Below, piece by piece: positions 27,825 to 38,730 of a stretch of 64,000 nucleotides of DNA (within the stretch, counting starts at the first letter, position 1; each line of letters begins with the position of its first letter). The stretch is from Kofleriaceae bacterium (GTDB lineage: Bacteria; Myxococcota_A; Polyangia; Haliangiales; Haliangiaceae): positions 17,649 through 81,648 of the forward strand of contig JBKJLC010000058.1 of NCBI GenBank assembly GCA_046597055.1, in the 5' to 3' direction. A program made the position numbers and the translations under genes. The notes under the pieces were generated by a model. It made no database searches. It worked only from the letters and a program-made list of their open reading frames with translations, and was not told the DNA's origin.

Positions 27825-29204
27825 TCACGGGCGACGAGACGGGTCCGGACCGGCGTGGGCGAGCGGTTGCGCGACGGTGCGCTCCCCCGCCGCGGCCGCC
27901 GCCCGGGTCGCCCGTGCCGGATCGCCCAGCGACTCGTAGAGCGACGACAGCACCAGCAGGAGCCGCCGCGCCGGGCCGGTCGGGCCGACGTCCTGCCCGC
28001 GCCCGCACAGGAGGACGTCGACGCCCTCTTCCAGCTCGCGGACCGCGACCTCGGTCTGGCCGCGCTCGACAAGGCGCTCCGCGAGCCTCAGGTACCCGGC
28101 GGCGACGTCGTACGGAATTCCCCGAATCATGGCCGCGCCGATGGCGTGCCGGATCCGGCTGACGTCGACCGGGTGATGAAGATTCGACCCGCGGGGTGCG
28201 CGCCGGCGCACGCTGCGCGATTCTGCTACGTGCGGGTCGGGTCCCCGCCAGGCCGCGGTGCTCTCGTCGCACGAGATCGCAATCGGCACCGGCTCGTCCG
28301 CACGAGCGTCGGGATGCACGTGCAGGACGCTGGCGGCCAGCGCCGCGGCGAACGAGCCGGCCCCGTGGAAGCGCGCGCCGGCCGCCTTCTCCAGCGCCCG
28401 GGCGATCACCCGCTCGAGCGCGGGAGGGACCGCCTGGTCGTGACGGCGCAGCGAGGGCGGCACCACCGGATCCTCGAGCTGGCGGAGCAGCACCTCGCCC
28501 GGGGAGCCTCCCCCGAACGGGGTGGCGCCCGTGAGCAGCTCGTACAGGATCACGCCGACGCCATAGAGGTCGGCGGCGGGAGTCGGCGCGCTGCCGCGGA
28601 TCACCTCGGGGGCCATGTACTCCGGGGTGCCCGAGATGACGTCGCCGGCGCTCTGCGCGATCTCGCGAACCGGCTGCGCGCGCGTGACCCGCGCCAGCCC
28701 GAAGTCGACCAGCTTGACCTGCTCGACTCCCTCGACCAACTCGACCAGGACGTTGTCGCTCTTCACGTCGCCGTGGACGATGCCGACGCGGTGGGCGGCG
28801 CCGAGCGCGGACAGGATCTGCCCGACCAGGTGCGCGGCCCGGGTCACCGACAGCGACCGTTCGTCCCGCAGGATCTGCCCGAGCGCGTGGCCGCGGACGT
28901 ACTCCATCACCAGGAACGGCGTGCCGTCCTCGCGCTCTCCGTAGTCGAGGACCGCCACCGAATGAGGGTGAACCAGGCGAGCGGCCGCGATCGCCTCGAT
29001 CCGGAACCGGTCGGCCACGGTCGGATCGCACGCGAGCTCGCGACGCAGGAACTTGATCGCGACCGTGCGCGCGAGCATCGGCTGCTCGGCGCGATACACC
29101 ACGCCCATCCCCCCCGAGCCGATGCAGTCTCCCAGCTGGTATTTGCCGCCGAGCAGGCTGCTCGGGCTCGGTTCCGCCACAGCCCCCGTCCCCGAGTGCC
29201 CCAT
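27825..29204 (-). CDS. Hanks-type Ser/Thr protein kinase (non-RD), paralog of the adjacent kinase
   Basis: IGSGGMGVVY, VAIK, HGDVKSDN, DFG, GTPEYMAPE. Same C-terminal AVRELEEG domain. Confidence 0.95.
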   Translation of the reverse strand: MGHSGTGAVAEPSPSSLLGGKYQLGDCIGSGGMGVVYRAEQPMLARTVAIKFLRRELACDPTVADRFRIEAIAAARLVHPHSVAVLDYGEREDGTPFLVMEYVRGHALGQILRDERSLSVTRAAHLVGQILSALGAAHRVGIVHGDVKSDNVLVELVEGVEQVKLVDFGLARVTRAQPVREIAQSAGDVISGTPEYMAPEVIRGSAPTPAADLYGVGVILYELLTGATPFGGGSPGEVLLRQLEDPVVPPSLRRHDQAVPPALERVIARALEKAAGARFHGAGSFAAALAASVLHVHPDARADEPVPIAISCDESTAAWRGPDPHVAESRSVRRRAPRGSNLHHPVDVSRIRHAIGAAMIRGIPYDVAAGYLRLAERLVERGQTEVAVRELEEGVDVLLCGRGQDVGPTGPARRLLLVLSSLYESLGDPARATRAAAAAGERTVAQPLAHAGPDPSRRP

Positions 29205-29216
29205 GTCGCGATCGGA

Positions 29217-29232
29217 AGCACGCTGTGTGCCG
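29217..29232 (-). promoter_or_regulatory. Sigma54-type -24/-12 promoter of kinase 2
   Basis: cGGCACACAGCGTGCT on the minus strand. Predicted +1 at 29206, 2 nt before ATG 29204. Confidence 0.6.
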
Positions 29233-29237
29233 TGGGT

Positions 29238-29915
29238 CTAGCGGTGGCGCAGCCGTGCGCGCGCGGTCGCCAAGATGTGGGCGCCATCACCGATCCAGGC
29301 CGCCTCGATCTCGAGGCCCCAGTCTGTCACTGGCTCGACCACCACCGTGCCGCTGTCGTCGGGCCGCACCTCGACCTCCAGGAACCCGACGTAGCGGCGC
29401 AGGTGCGGATCGATCGCCTTGTAGACGGCCTCTTTGATCGCAAACGCGAGGATCACCGCGCGGTCGCGGCCCGCGCCGTCGATGCCGCGCGCGTCGAGCG
29501 CGGTCAACTCGGCCGGCGTGAGCACCTTGTGGGCGATGTCGATCCGGCGCGGCTGATCGAGCTCGAGGTCGACGCCGATCGTCCAACCGTCGGCGGGCGC
29601 CGCCAGCGCGATCGCGAGCTCGCGCTTGTGGCTGACCGAGCCGACCGCACCGGCCGGGACCCGCGGCGCGCCGCGATCGTCGGACGGGATCGCCAGCGCG
29701 GCCAGCTCGACCGGCGCGGTCACCCCCGCCGCGATCAGCGCGCGGCGCAGCGCGCGGCGGCCGGCGACCCACTCGCGCTGCCGGATCGGCGCCAGCGCCA
29801 GGCCGCGGACGCGCTCGTCCGGATGCAGCTCGGCCCAGGCAGCGTCGTCCGGTTCGGTCACCGCGACCGCGACGGCGCGGCCGTGCGCGAGCTCGAGGAC
29901 GCGGCCGGCGATCAC
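29238..29915 (-). CDS. 4'-phosphopantetheinyl transferase (EntD/Sfp-like)
   Basis: REWVAGR, GSVSHK, IGVDLE, FAIKEAVYKA. Confidence 0.93.
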   Translation of the reverse strand: MIAGRVLELAHGRAVAVAVTEPDDAAWAELHPDERVRGLALAPIRQREWVAGRRALRRALIAAGVTAPVELAALAIPSDDRGAPRVPAGAVGSVSHKRELAIALAAPADGWTIGVDLELDQPRRIDIAHKVLTPAELTALDARGIDGAGRDRAVILAFAIKEAVYKAIDPHLRRYVGFLEVEVRPDDSGTVVVEPVTDWGLEIEAAWIGDGAHILATARARLRHR

Positions 29916-29933
29916 GGGCGGGTCACGGGCGAA

Positions 29934-31298
29934 TCACGCGTCGGTGACGACGTCGAGCGTGGCACCCAGGCCGCGCATGACGTCGACGAAGCTGGGGAAC
30001 GAGGTCGCGACGTTGGTGACGTCCTCGATCCGCGACCGATCGGCACCGGCCAGCGCGAGCACGGTGGCCGCCATCGCGATCCGGTGATCACCCGCGGCGT
30101 CGACCCGCGCCGGCGTGAGCGTGCGGCCGGGCTGACCGGTCACCGCCAGGCCGTCGGGCCGCGCCTCGACCTCGATGCCGAAGCCGCGCAGCATCGCGAC
30201 CGTGGTCGCGATGCGGTCGGACTCCTTGACCCGCAGCTCCTCGGCGTCGCGGAAGATCGTCGTGCCCTCGGCGCGGGCGGCGACCGCGGCCAGGATCGGG
30301 ATCTCGTCGATCGCGCGCACGGTGACGTCGCCGGCCACCTCGGTCGCGCGCAGCCCGGGCGCGGGCCCGCGCACGACCAGGTCGGCCACCGGCTCGCCAC
30401 CGATCTGGCGCAGCTCGCGCCAGGTCACCTCGGCGCCCATCGCGGCCAGCACGTCGAGGAAGCCGGTCCGGGTCGGGTTGACGCAGACGCCGGTGCAGAC
30501 GACCTCGCCGGCGCCCGCCACCAGCGCGGCCGCGATCAGGAACGCCGACGACGACGGATCGCCGGGCACGGTCAGGCTGCCACCGGGCAGGTCGAGCGAG
30601 CGATCCCACCCGGTCGGATCGAGCACGACCGTGCGGCCGACGGCGGTGATCGGCGCGCCCATCGCGGCCAGGAGCCGCTCGGTGTGATCGCGGCTGGGCC
30701 CGGGCTCGGTCACCCGGGTCGCACCCTCGGCCGACAGCCCGGCGAGGATCAGCGCGGTCTTCACCTGCGCCGACGCGATCGCGAGCGTGTGGTCGACACC
30801 GCGCAGGCGCGCGACCGCGGCCGAGATCCGCAGCGGGGGCACCACGTCGCCGGCGACCCCGCCCGGTCCCGGCGCGCCGTCGATCCGCGCGCCCATCGCG
30901 CGCAGCGGGTCGATCACGCGCTTCATCGGGCGCCGCGACAGCGACTCGTCACCCGACAGCTCCGAGGTGAACGGCTGCCCCGACAGCAGCCCGGTCAGGA
31001 GCCGGATGGTGGTGCCCGAGTTGCCGCAGTCGATGCCGGCGTCGGGCGCGCGCAGGTGGCCGAGGCCGGCGCCGTGGACGACCACCACGTCACCGTCGCG
31101 CTCGACCCGGGCGCCGAGCTGGATGATCGCGCGCGCGGTGCGGCCGTTGTCGGCGCCGCCGCCGAGCCCGCTGATGCGGACCGGCGTGCGGGTGAGCAGC
31201 GAGAACAGGAGCGCGCGGTGGCCGATCGATTTGTCGCCGGGGATGGCGACCTGTCCGGTCAGCGGACGATCCGCGGGGGCGACGACGTAGGCGGTCAT
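29934..31298 (-). CDS. aroA: 3-phosphoshikimate 1-carboxyvinyltransferase (class II)
   Basis: PGDKSIGHR, GNSGTT, SAQVK, RDHTE, ELRVKESDRI, DHRIAM. Confidence 0.97.
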   Translation of the reverse strand: MTAYVVAPADRPLTGQVAIPGDKSIGHRALLFSLLTRTPVRISGLGGGADNGRTARAIIQLGARVERDGDVVVVHGAGLGHLRAPDAGIDCGNSGTTIRLLTGLLSGQPFTSELSGDESLSRRPMKRVIDPLRAMGARIDGAPGPGGVAGDVVPPLRISAAVARLRGVDHTLAIASAQVKTALILAGLSAEGATRVTEPGPSRDHTERLLAAMGAPITAVGRTVVLDPTGWDRSLDLPGGSLTVPGDPSSSAFLIAAALVAGAGEVVCTGVCVNPTRTGFLDVLAAMGAEVTWRELRQIGGEPVADLVVRGPAPGLRATEVAGDVTVRAIDEIPILAAVAARAEGTTIFRDAEELRVKESDRIATTVAMLRGFGIEVEARPDGLAVTGQPGRTLTPARVDAAGDHRIAMAATVLALAGADRSRIEDVTNVATSFPSFVDVMRGLGATLDVVTDA

Positions 31299-32188
31299 AA
31301 CGGGGCGACTCCTCGGTTGGCGCGAAAGCGTTCGACGGCACGGGCGAGCCGGCCGGGGCCGACGATCAGGGCGAGCCGCACGCCGCCGGCCTCGCGGCGG
31401 AGGTCGGCCTCGGCGATCGACCTCGACAGGCCGACCGTGCGGATCTCGTCGCTGCGCGCGACCCGCTGGATCATGCGCGTGATGCCGCGCAGCCAGGCCG
31501 GGCGCGCGGCGCGGACCACGGTCGGCTGCTCGTCGGCGAGCAGCGCGACCACCGCGAGGTCATCGGCGACGTCGCCCCACAGCGACACCGCGGCCGGGGC
31601 CGCGGTCAGGCCCAGCGCGCCGGCCAGCGAGGCCTGCGCGGTGGCGTCGAGCACGGCGGTCAGGCGCAGCGACGCGCCGTCGGCGGCCGCCGGCATCGCC
31701 CACGCGCGCACCGCCAGCAGGCGGGCATCGGTGGCGAGGCTCGGCCCGCCCCCGGCGGCGAGCACGAGCGCCGCGGTCTCACCCTCGGGCGCGAGCGCCC
31801 ACACGCCGTCGCCGAGGTCGAGCCCGATGTCGGGCCGGGTGCCGCCGCTGACCATGGTGATGGTGGCCGCCTCGGGGGTACCGACCCGGTACGCGACGAG
31901 GATCACGGTGGCGGCGTCGGCGAGCGGCGCGGCGAGCGCAGCGGGCGCGCCCGGGACCGCGGGCCCCGCCGCCAGGGTTTCGCCGATCGCGGCGCCGACC
32001 ACCGGGTTGGCGCGCAGCCGCGCCAGGTCGATCTCGACCACGACCTGGGCGCCGGGCGGCAGCCGCGCCAGCAGCCGGTCGCCGGCGGTGGCCGCGCGCT
32101 CGGGCACGAACACCGGGCTCGCCGTGTCGCCCCCGCCGCACGCGGCCGCCGCGCCGGCGGCGACGAGCGCGAGCAGCGCCCTGGTCAC
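31295..32188 (-). CDS. Hypothetical lipoprotein
   Basis: GTG 32188 overlaps the hisC stop, lipobox AAAC, and the stop overlaps the aroA start. Confidence 0.75.
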   Translation of the reverse strand: MTRALLALVAAGAAAACGGGDTASPVFVPERAATAGDRLLARLPPGAQVVVEIDLARLRANPVVGAAIGETLAAGPAVPGAPAALAAPLADAATVILVAYRVGTPEAATITMVSGGTRPDIGLDLGDGVWALAPEGETAALVLAAGGGPSLATDARLLAVRAWAMPAAADGASLRLTAVLDATAQASLAGALGLTAAPAAVSLWGDVADDLAVVALLADEQPTVVRAARPAWLRGITRMIQRVARSDEIRTVGLSRSIAEADLRREAGGVRLALIVGPGRLARAVERFRANRGVAPL

Positions 32189-33351
32189 CCCGCGACTCCA
32201 ACCGGCGACGCGCCGGCGAGCACCTCGACCAGCGCGCCGATCACGCGCGGCAGCTGCGCCTCGGCCGCGATCGACACCCGGAGACACGTCGGCAGGCCCC
32301 ACGCCGACATCGGCCGCACGATCACGCCGCGGCGCAGCAGCGCGTCGTAGCTCGCCGCGGTTGGGCGCCCGGCCTCGACCAGGACGAAGTTGGCCAGCGA
32401 CGGATAGACCAGCACGCCATGGGCGCCGAGCTCGGCGCACATGCGCTCGACGCCGAGCCGCCCGAGCGCGGCCGAGCGCTCGACGTGCTCGGTGTCGCCG
32501 AGCGCCGCCTGGGCCGCGACCTGGGCCAGCGAGCCGACGTGGAAGGTGCGTCCGACCCGCCCGAGCAGGTCGACCACGCCGGGGTGGGCGATGCCGTAGC
32601 CGATGCGCAGGCCAGCCAGGCCGTAGATCTTCGAGAACGTGCGCAGCACCACCACCCGCGGGTCGCGCCGGGCCATCGCCACGCCGTCGACGTGATCGAT
32701 CTCGGGCCAGCGCGCCGCATACTCGGCGTAGGCCTCGTCGATCACGAGCAGCGCGTGCTCGGGCAGCGCCGCCAGCACCTGCTCGACCGCGGCCGCGGTC
32801 CACACCGCGCCGGTCGGGTTGTTGGGGCTGCCGATGATCACCAGCCGGGTGTGGCTGGTCATCGCCGCGCACAGCGCGTCGACCTCGGCGCCGCGCGGCG
32901 TGGCCGCGGTGGTGACGAACCGGCGACCGGCGACCTGCGCCGCCAGCCGGTAGCTGAGGAAGCCGAGGTCGGGCGACAGCACCTCGTGGTCGGGCCCGAC
33001 CAACGCGAGCACGAGCTGGTAGATAAGATCGTTCGAGCCGGGCGCGATCGTGATCGCGCGATCGGACACGCCCCAGTGCGCAGCCAGCGCGCGGCGCAGC
33101 GCGAACCCGCTGGCGTCGGGATAGAGGTGCAGCCCGCCGAACATGCCCTGCAGCGCGGCGATCGCCTTGGGCGACGGCCCCAGCGGGTTCTCGTTCGACG
33201 CGACCTTGATCGCGCCGGTGATGCCGAGCTCGCGCTCGAGCTCCTCGACCGGCTTGCCGGGCTGGTAGGCATCGAGCGACCGCACGTGCGGCGGTGCCAG
33301 CTCGGACAGCCACTGGTCGAGGGTGGCCGGATCGTCCAGTCGCTTGGGCAT
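32185..33351 (-). CDS. hisC: Histidinol-phosphate aminotransferase
   Basis: YQPGK, ASNENPLG, PNNPTG, DEAY, RTFSKIYGLAGLRIGY. Confidence 0.96.
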   Translation of the reverse strand: MPKRLDDPATLDQWLSELAPPHVRSLDAYQPGKPVEELERELGITGAIKVASNENPLGPSPKAIAALQGMFGGLHLYPDASGFALRRALAAHWGVSDRAITIAPGSNDLIYQLVLALVGPDHEVLSPDLGFLSYRLAAQVAGRRFVTTAATPRGAEVDALCAAMTSHTRLVIIGSPNNPTGAVWTAAAVEQVLAALPEHALLVIDEAYAEYAARWPEIDHVDGVAMARRDPRVVVLRTFSKIYGLAGLRIGYGIAHPGVVDLLGRVGRTFHVGSLAQVAAQAALGDTEHVERSAALGRLGVERMCAELGAHGVLVYPSLANFVLVEAGRPTAASYDALLRRGVIVRPMSAWGLPTCLRVSIAAEAQLPRVIGALVEVLAGASPVGVAG

Positions 33352-33440
33352 GGTGCGGTGTGGCGGCAATCTACTATAGTCCCGGAATGCCGTGACCACC
33401 TGCGTCGGTCCGTCGTAGGCCGAACGCAGTTGCGGCGACC

Positions 33441-34850
33441 ATGACCCTCCCTCGCCTGTCCGCATCACCCCACATGCGCCCACGCGCCCGAGCCCGCGTC
33501 ACCGATCGCAGGTGGGGCTGGACTGCGCTCACCCTGATCGGCCTCGCGCTGATCGTGCTCGTGCTCACCCCGTCCGACGCCTGGGCCGGCGAGGTCGACG
33601 AGTTCGAGAAGTCGCGCTCGCAAGGCTGGCTGTGGGCGTACCTCGCCACCTTCGGCGCGGGCGTCATGACCTCGCTGACCCCGTGCGTCTATCCGATGAT
33701 CCCGATCGTGGTCGGCATCTTCGGCGGGCGCGGCAAGGACGTCTCGCGCGGCCGCGCGATCCTGCTCGCCACCCTCTACGTGGTCGGCATGGGCCTCACG
33801 TTCGCGCTGCTGGGCACGCTGTTCGCGCTCATCGGCGGCTCGGCCGGCGCGCTGCTCGCCAACCCGGCCGTGATCATCCCGATCGTGATCCTCTATCTCG
33901 TGCTGGCGACCTCGATGTTCGGCGCCTTCGAGCTGCAGCTGCCGTCCGCGCTGCAGCAGAAGCTGTCGGGCGTCTCGGGCGACGGCGTCGGTGGGGCGTT
34001 CGCGATGGGCCTGGTCGGCGGCTTCACCGCCGCGCCATGCACCGGCCCGTTCCTGATCGGCATCCTCGGCTTCGTCACCAAGACCGGGTCCGTGGCGGTC
34101 GGCTCGACGCTCCTCTTCACCTACGCGATCGGCATCGGCGTCCTGTTCTGGGGCCTCGCCGCCTTCACCATCGCCATGCCCAAGAGCGGCGCATGGATGG
34201 AATGGATGAAGTCGATCGGCGGCGTCGCGCTGGTCGCGGCCGCGATCCACTTCCTGCGGCCGCTGGTGCCGTGGCTCGACGAGGCGGTGCATCCGTCGTG
34301 GTTCTTCATGGTCGGCGCCGTCCTGGCCGTCCTCGCCGGCCTCTCGCTCGGCGCGATCCACCTGTCCTTCCACGATCGCGTCGCGATCCAGGCCCGCAAG
34401 GCCCTGGCGGTCGCGGTGACCGTGGTCGCGCTGACCGCCAGCATCTCGTGGATCCTCCACGTCGACCGCCACCTGCCGTGGGTCAAGGGCGACGAGGGCG
34501 CCGCGTTCATCCAGGCGCGGCGCGAGGGCAAGGGCGTGATGATCGACTTCTGGGCGACCTGGTGCACGCCGTGCAAAGAGCTCGAGCTGACGTTCGCCAA
34601 GTCACCGGTGTACGAGACGATCGTCGACAACTTCGTGCCGCTGAAGTTCGACCTGACCCACCAGACCGACGCGGACGACGCCATCCTGAAGAAGTACGGG
34701 GCCGGCACGCCGACCGTCCTGTTCCTCCACGCCGACGGCACGGTGCTCGCGGATGTGCGCGACCCCCTCGGGCCTGCCGCGTTCATGAAGGTCCTCGCGC
34801 CCGCCGCGGAGCAGATCAAGCTGCGCCGTCAGACCGCCCGCACGCCCTGA
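33441..34850 (+). CDS. dsbD: DsbD-like protein (CcdA transmembrane domain + thioredoxin domain)
   Basis: SLTPCVYPMIP, AAPCTGP, PKSGAWM, IDFWATWCTPCK. Lacks the N-terminal Ig-like domain. Alternative start at 33474. Confidence 0.88.
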   Translation: MTLPRLSASPHMRPRARARVTDRRWGWTALTLIGLALIVLVLTPSDAWAGEVDEFEKSRSQGWLWAYLATFGAGVMTSLTPCVYPMIPIVVGIFGGRGKDVSRGRAILLATLYVVGMGLTFALLGTLFALIGGSAGALLANPAVIIPIVILYLVLATSMFGAFELQLPSALQQKLSGVSGDGVGGAFAMGLVGGFTAAPCTGPFLIGILGFVTKTGSVAVGSTLLFTYAIGIGVLFWGLAAFTIAMPKSGAWMEWMKSIGGVALVAAAIHFLRPLVPWLDEAVHPSWFFMVGAVLAVLAGLSLGAIHLSFHDRVAIQARKALAVAVTVVALTASISWILHVDRHLPWVKGDEGAAFIQARREGKGVMIDFWATWCTPCKELELTFAKSPVYETIVDNFVPLKFDLTHQTDADDAILKKYGAGTPTVLFLHADGTVLADVRDPLGPAAFMKVLAPAAEQIKLRRQTARTP

Positions 34851-34881
34851 CCCGCGCGCGCTTAGACTTCGCGGTGCCCAG

Positions 34882-35059
34882 CCCTCAGGATCCTGCACAC
34901 CTTTCCCGGTGTCCCTGAGCCAGGGCGAGCGCACGCGAGCCCGCCGCCTCCGGGCCGCCCGTCGAAGATCCCGTGCGGCACCTTGGCGCGCTGCCCTTCG
35001 ACCCGGCGCCTGCGGCGCCGGCTCAGGGCCACCGGGAAAGATGAGCGCTTCCGATCACA
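34882..35059. repeat. 178-bp REPIN/MITE-like palindromic element, copy A
   Basis: TTTCCCGGTGTCCCTGAGCC...GGCTCAGGGCCACCGGGAAA arms. By eye 18 substitutions and no indels versus 63519-63696. Confidence 0.9.
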
Positions 35060-35076
35060 CCCGCAGCCGCTGCCAG

Positions 35077-37974
<2,898 letters not shown>

Positions 37975-38061
37975 GGCGGGAGGAAACTAGCAGGTCGCGC
38001 CGACCGCGGGGCCGCGGCGATCCGTCTCACATCCGAGATCGGCCGAGCCGCCCGAGCGTCG

Positions 38062-38568
38062 TCAGCCGCGGGTCGGCTCGCGCATGAACGCGAACAGCCG
38101 CTCGGGCGGGTCGGCCAGCTCCATCGGCGCCTGGCAGCGACCGCAGGCCATCGGCGGCGGGCGCATGGAGGCCAGCTCGGCCCGGTGCTCCTCGACGTCG
38201 AGCAGCTCGCTGCTCTCGGTGCCACAGCGCTCGCACAGATAGGGCGCGTGGAACGAGCGGACCCGGCCGCCGCCGCGCACCGCCGGGATGAAGCACATCT
38301 GCTCGATCAAGAGCCCCGAGCACCGATCGTGGATCAACGCGGCCCCGGCGCGGACCAGCAGGGCCACGAAGTGCATCCACTCGCGGATCCCGATCGAGTT
38401 GATGAAGTCGATGCCGGCGCTGTCGAGGATGACCACCCGCGCCGCCCAGTCGTTGACGTGGAGGGTCAAGAGCGCGGTCTCGTCGAGCCGCCCCGAGATC
38501 ACCAGCCAGCGCTCCTCGGTGTCGCCCGCGACGGAGACGGTGAGGCGACCGAGGGCATGCGTCGACAT
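38062..38568 (-). CDS. STAS-like domain protein with C-terminal zinc ribbon
   Basis: ISGRLDE...LDSAGIDFINSIGIREW (STAS phospho-Ser loop), then CERC...CGRC. Confidence 0.85.
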   Translation of the reverse strand: MSTHALGRLTVSVAGDTEERWLVISGRLDETALLTLHVNDWAARVVILDSAGIDFINSIGIREWMHFVALLVRAGAALIHDRCSGLLIEQMCFIPAVRGGGRVRSFHAPYLCERCGTESSELLDVEEHRAELASMRPPPMACGRCQAPMELADPPERLFAFMREPTRG

Positions 38569-38576
38569 CGCCGGGG

Positions 38577-38605
38577 AGGGTGGCGCGCCGAACCCGCCGC
38601 GTCAA
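38577..38605 (-). promoter_or_regulatory. Sigma70-type promoter, leaderless geometry
   Basis: TTGACG-N17-CACCCT, then 8 nt to ATG 38568. Confidence 0.5.
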
Positions 38606-38624
38606 CGGCAACTGCGGTCGCGTC

Positions 38625-38655
38625 GGAGGCTGTGATTCCTTCGAATCACACCTCC
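38625..38655. promoter_or_regulatory. Strong palindrome (operator or terminator)
   Basis: GGAGG-C-TGTGATTC-CTTC-GAATCACA-CCTCC. Confidence 0.5.
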
Positions 38656-38730
38656 CTTTCGATCGGTCGGCCGCGGCCCGGAGGCCGCGCCCGATCTGTA
38701 CGGATCCAGAGGCGCCGCGCTCCGATCGGC

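Noticed and set aside
27744..32837. 1697-aa plus-strand ORF and other very long shadow ORFs (4497-8261, 10520-13510, 37105-40356)
   Set aside because: They are antisense to well-supported genes and have R/G/A-rich nonsense composition. This is expected from stop-codon scarcity at high GC.
37975..38061. Glycine riboswitch upstream of gcvP
   Set aside because: The gap is only 87 bp, no aptamer consensus is present, and the promoter geometry implies a leaderless mRNA.
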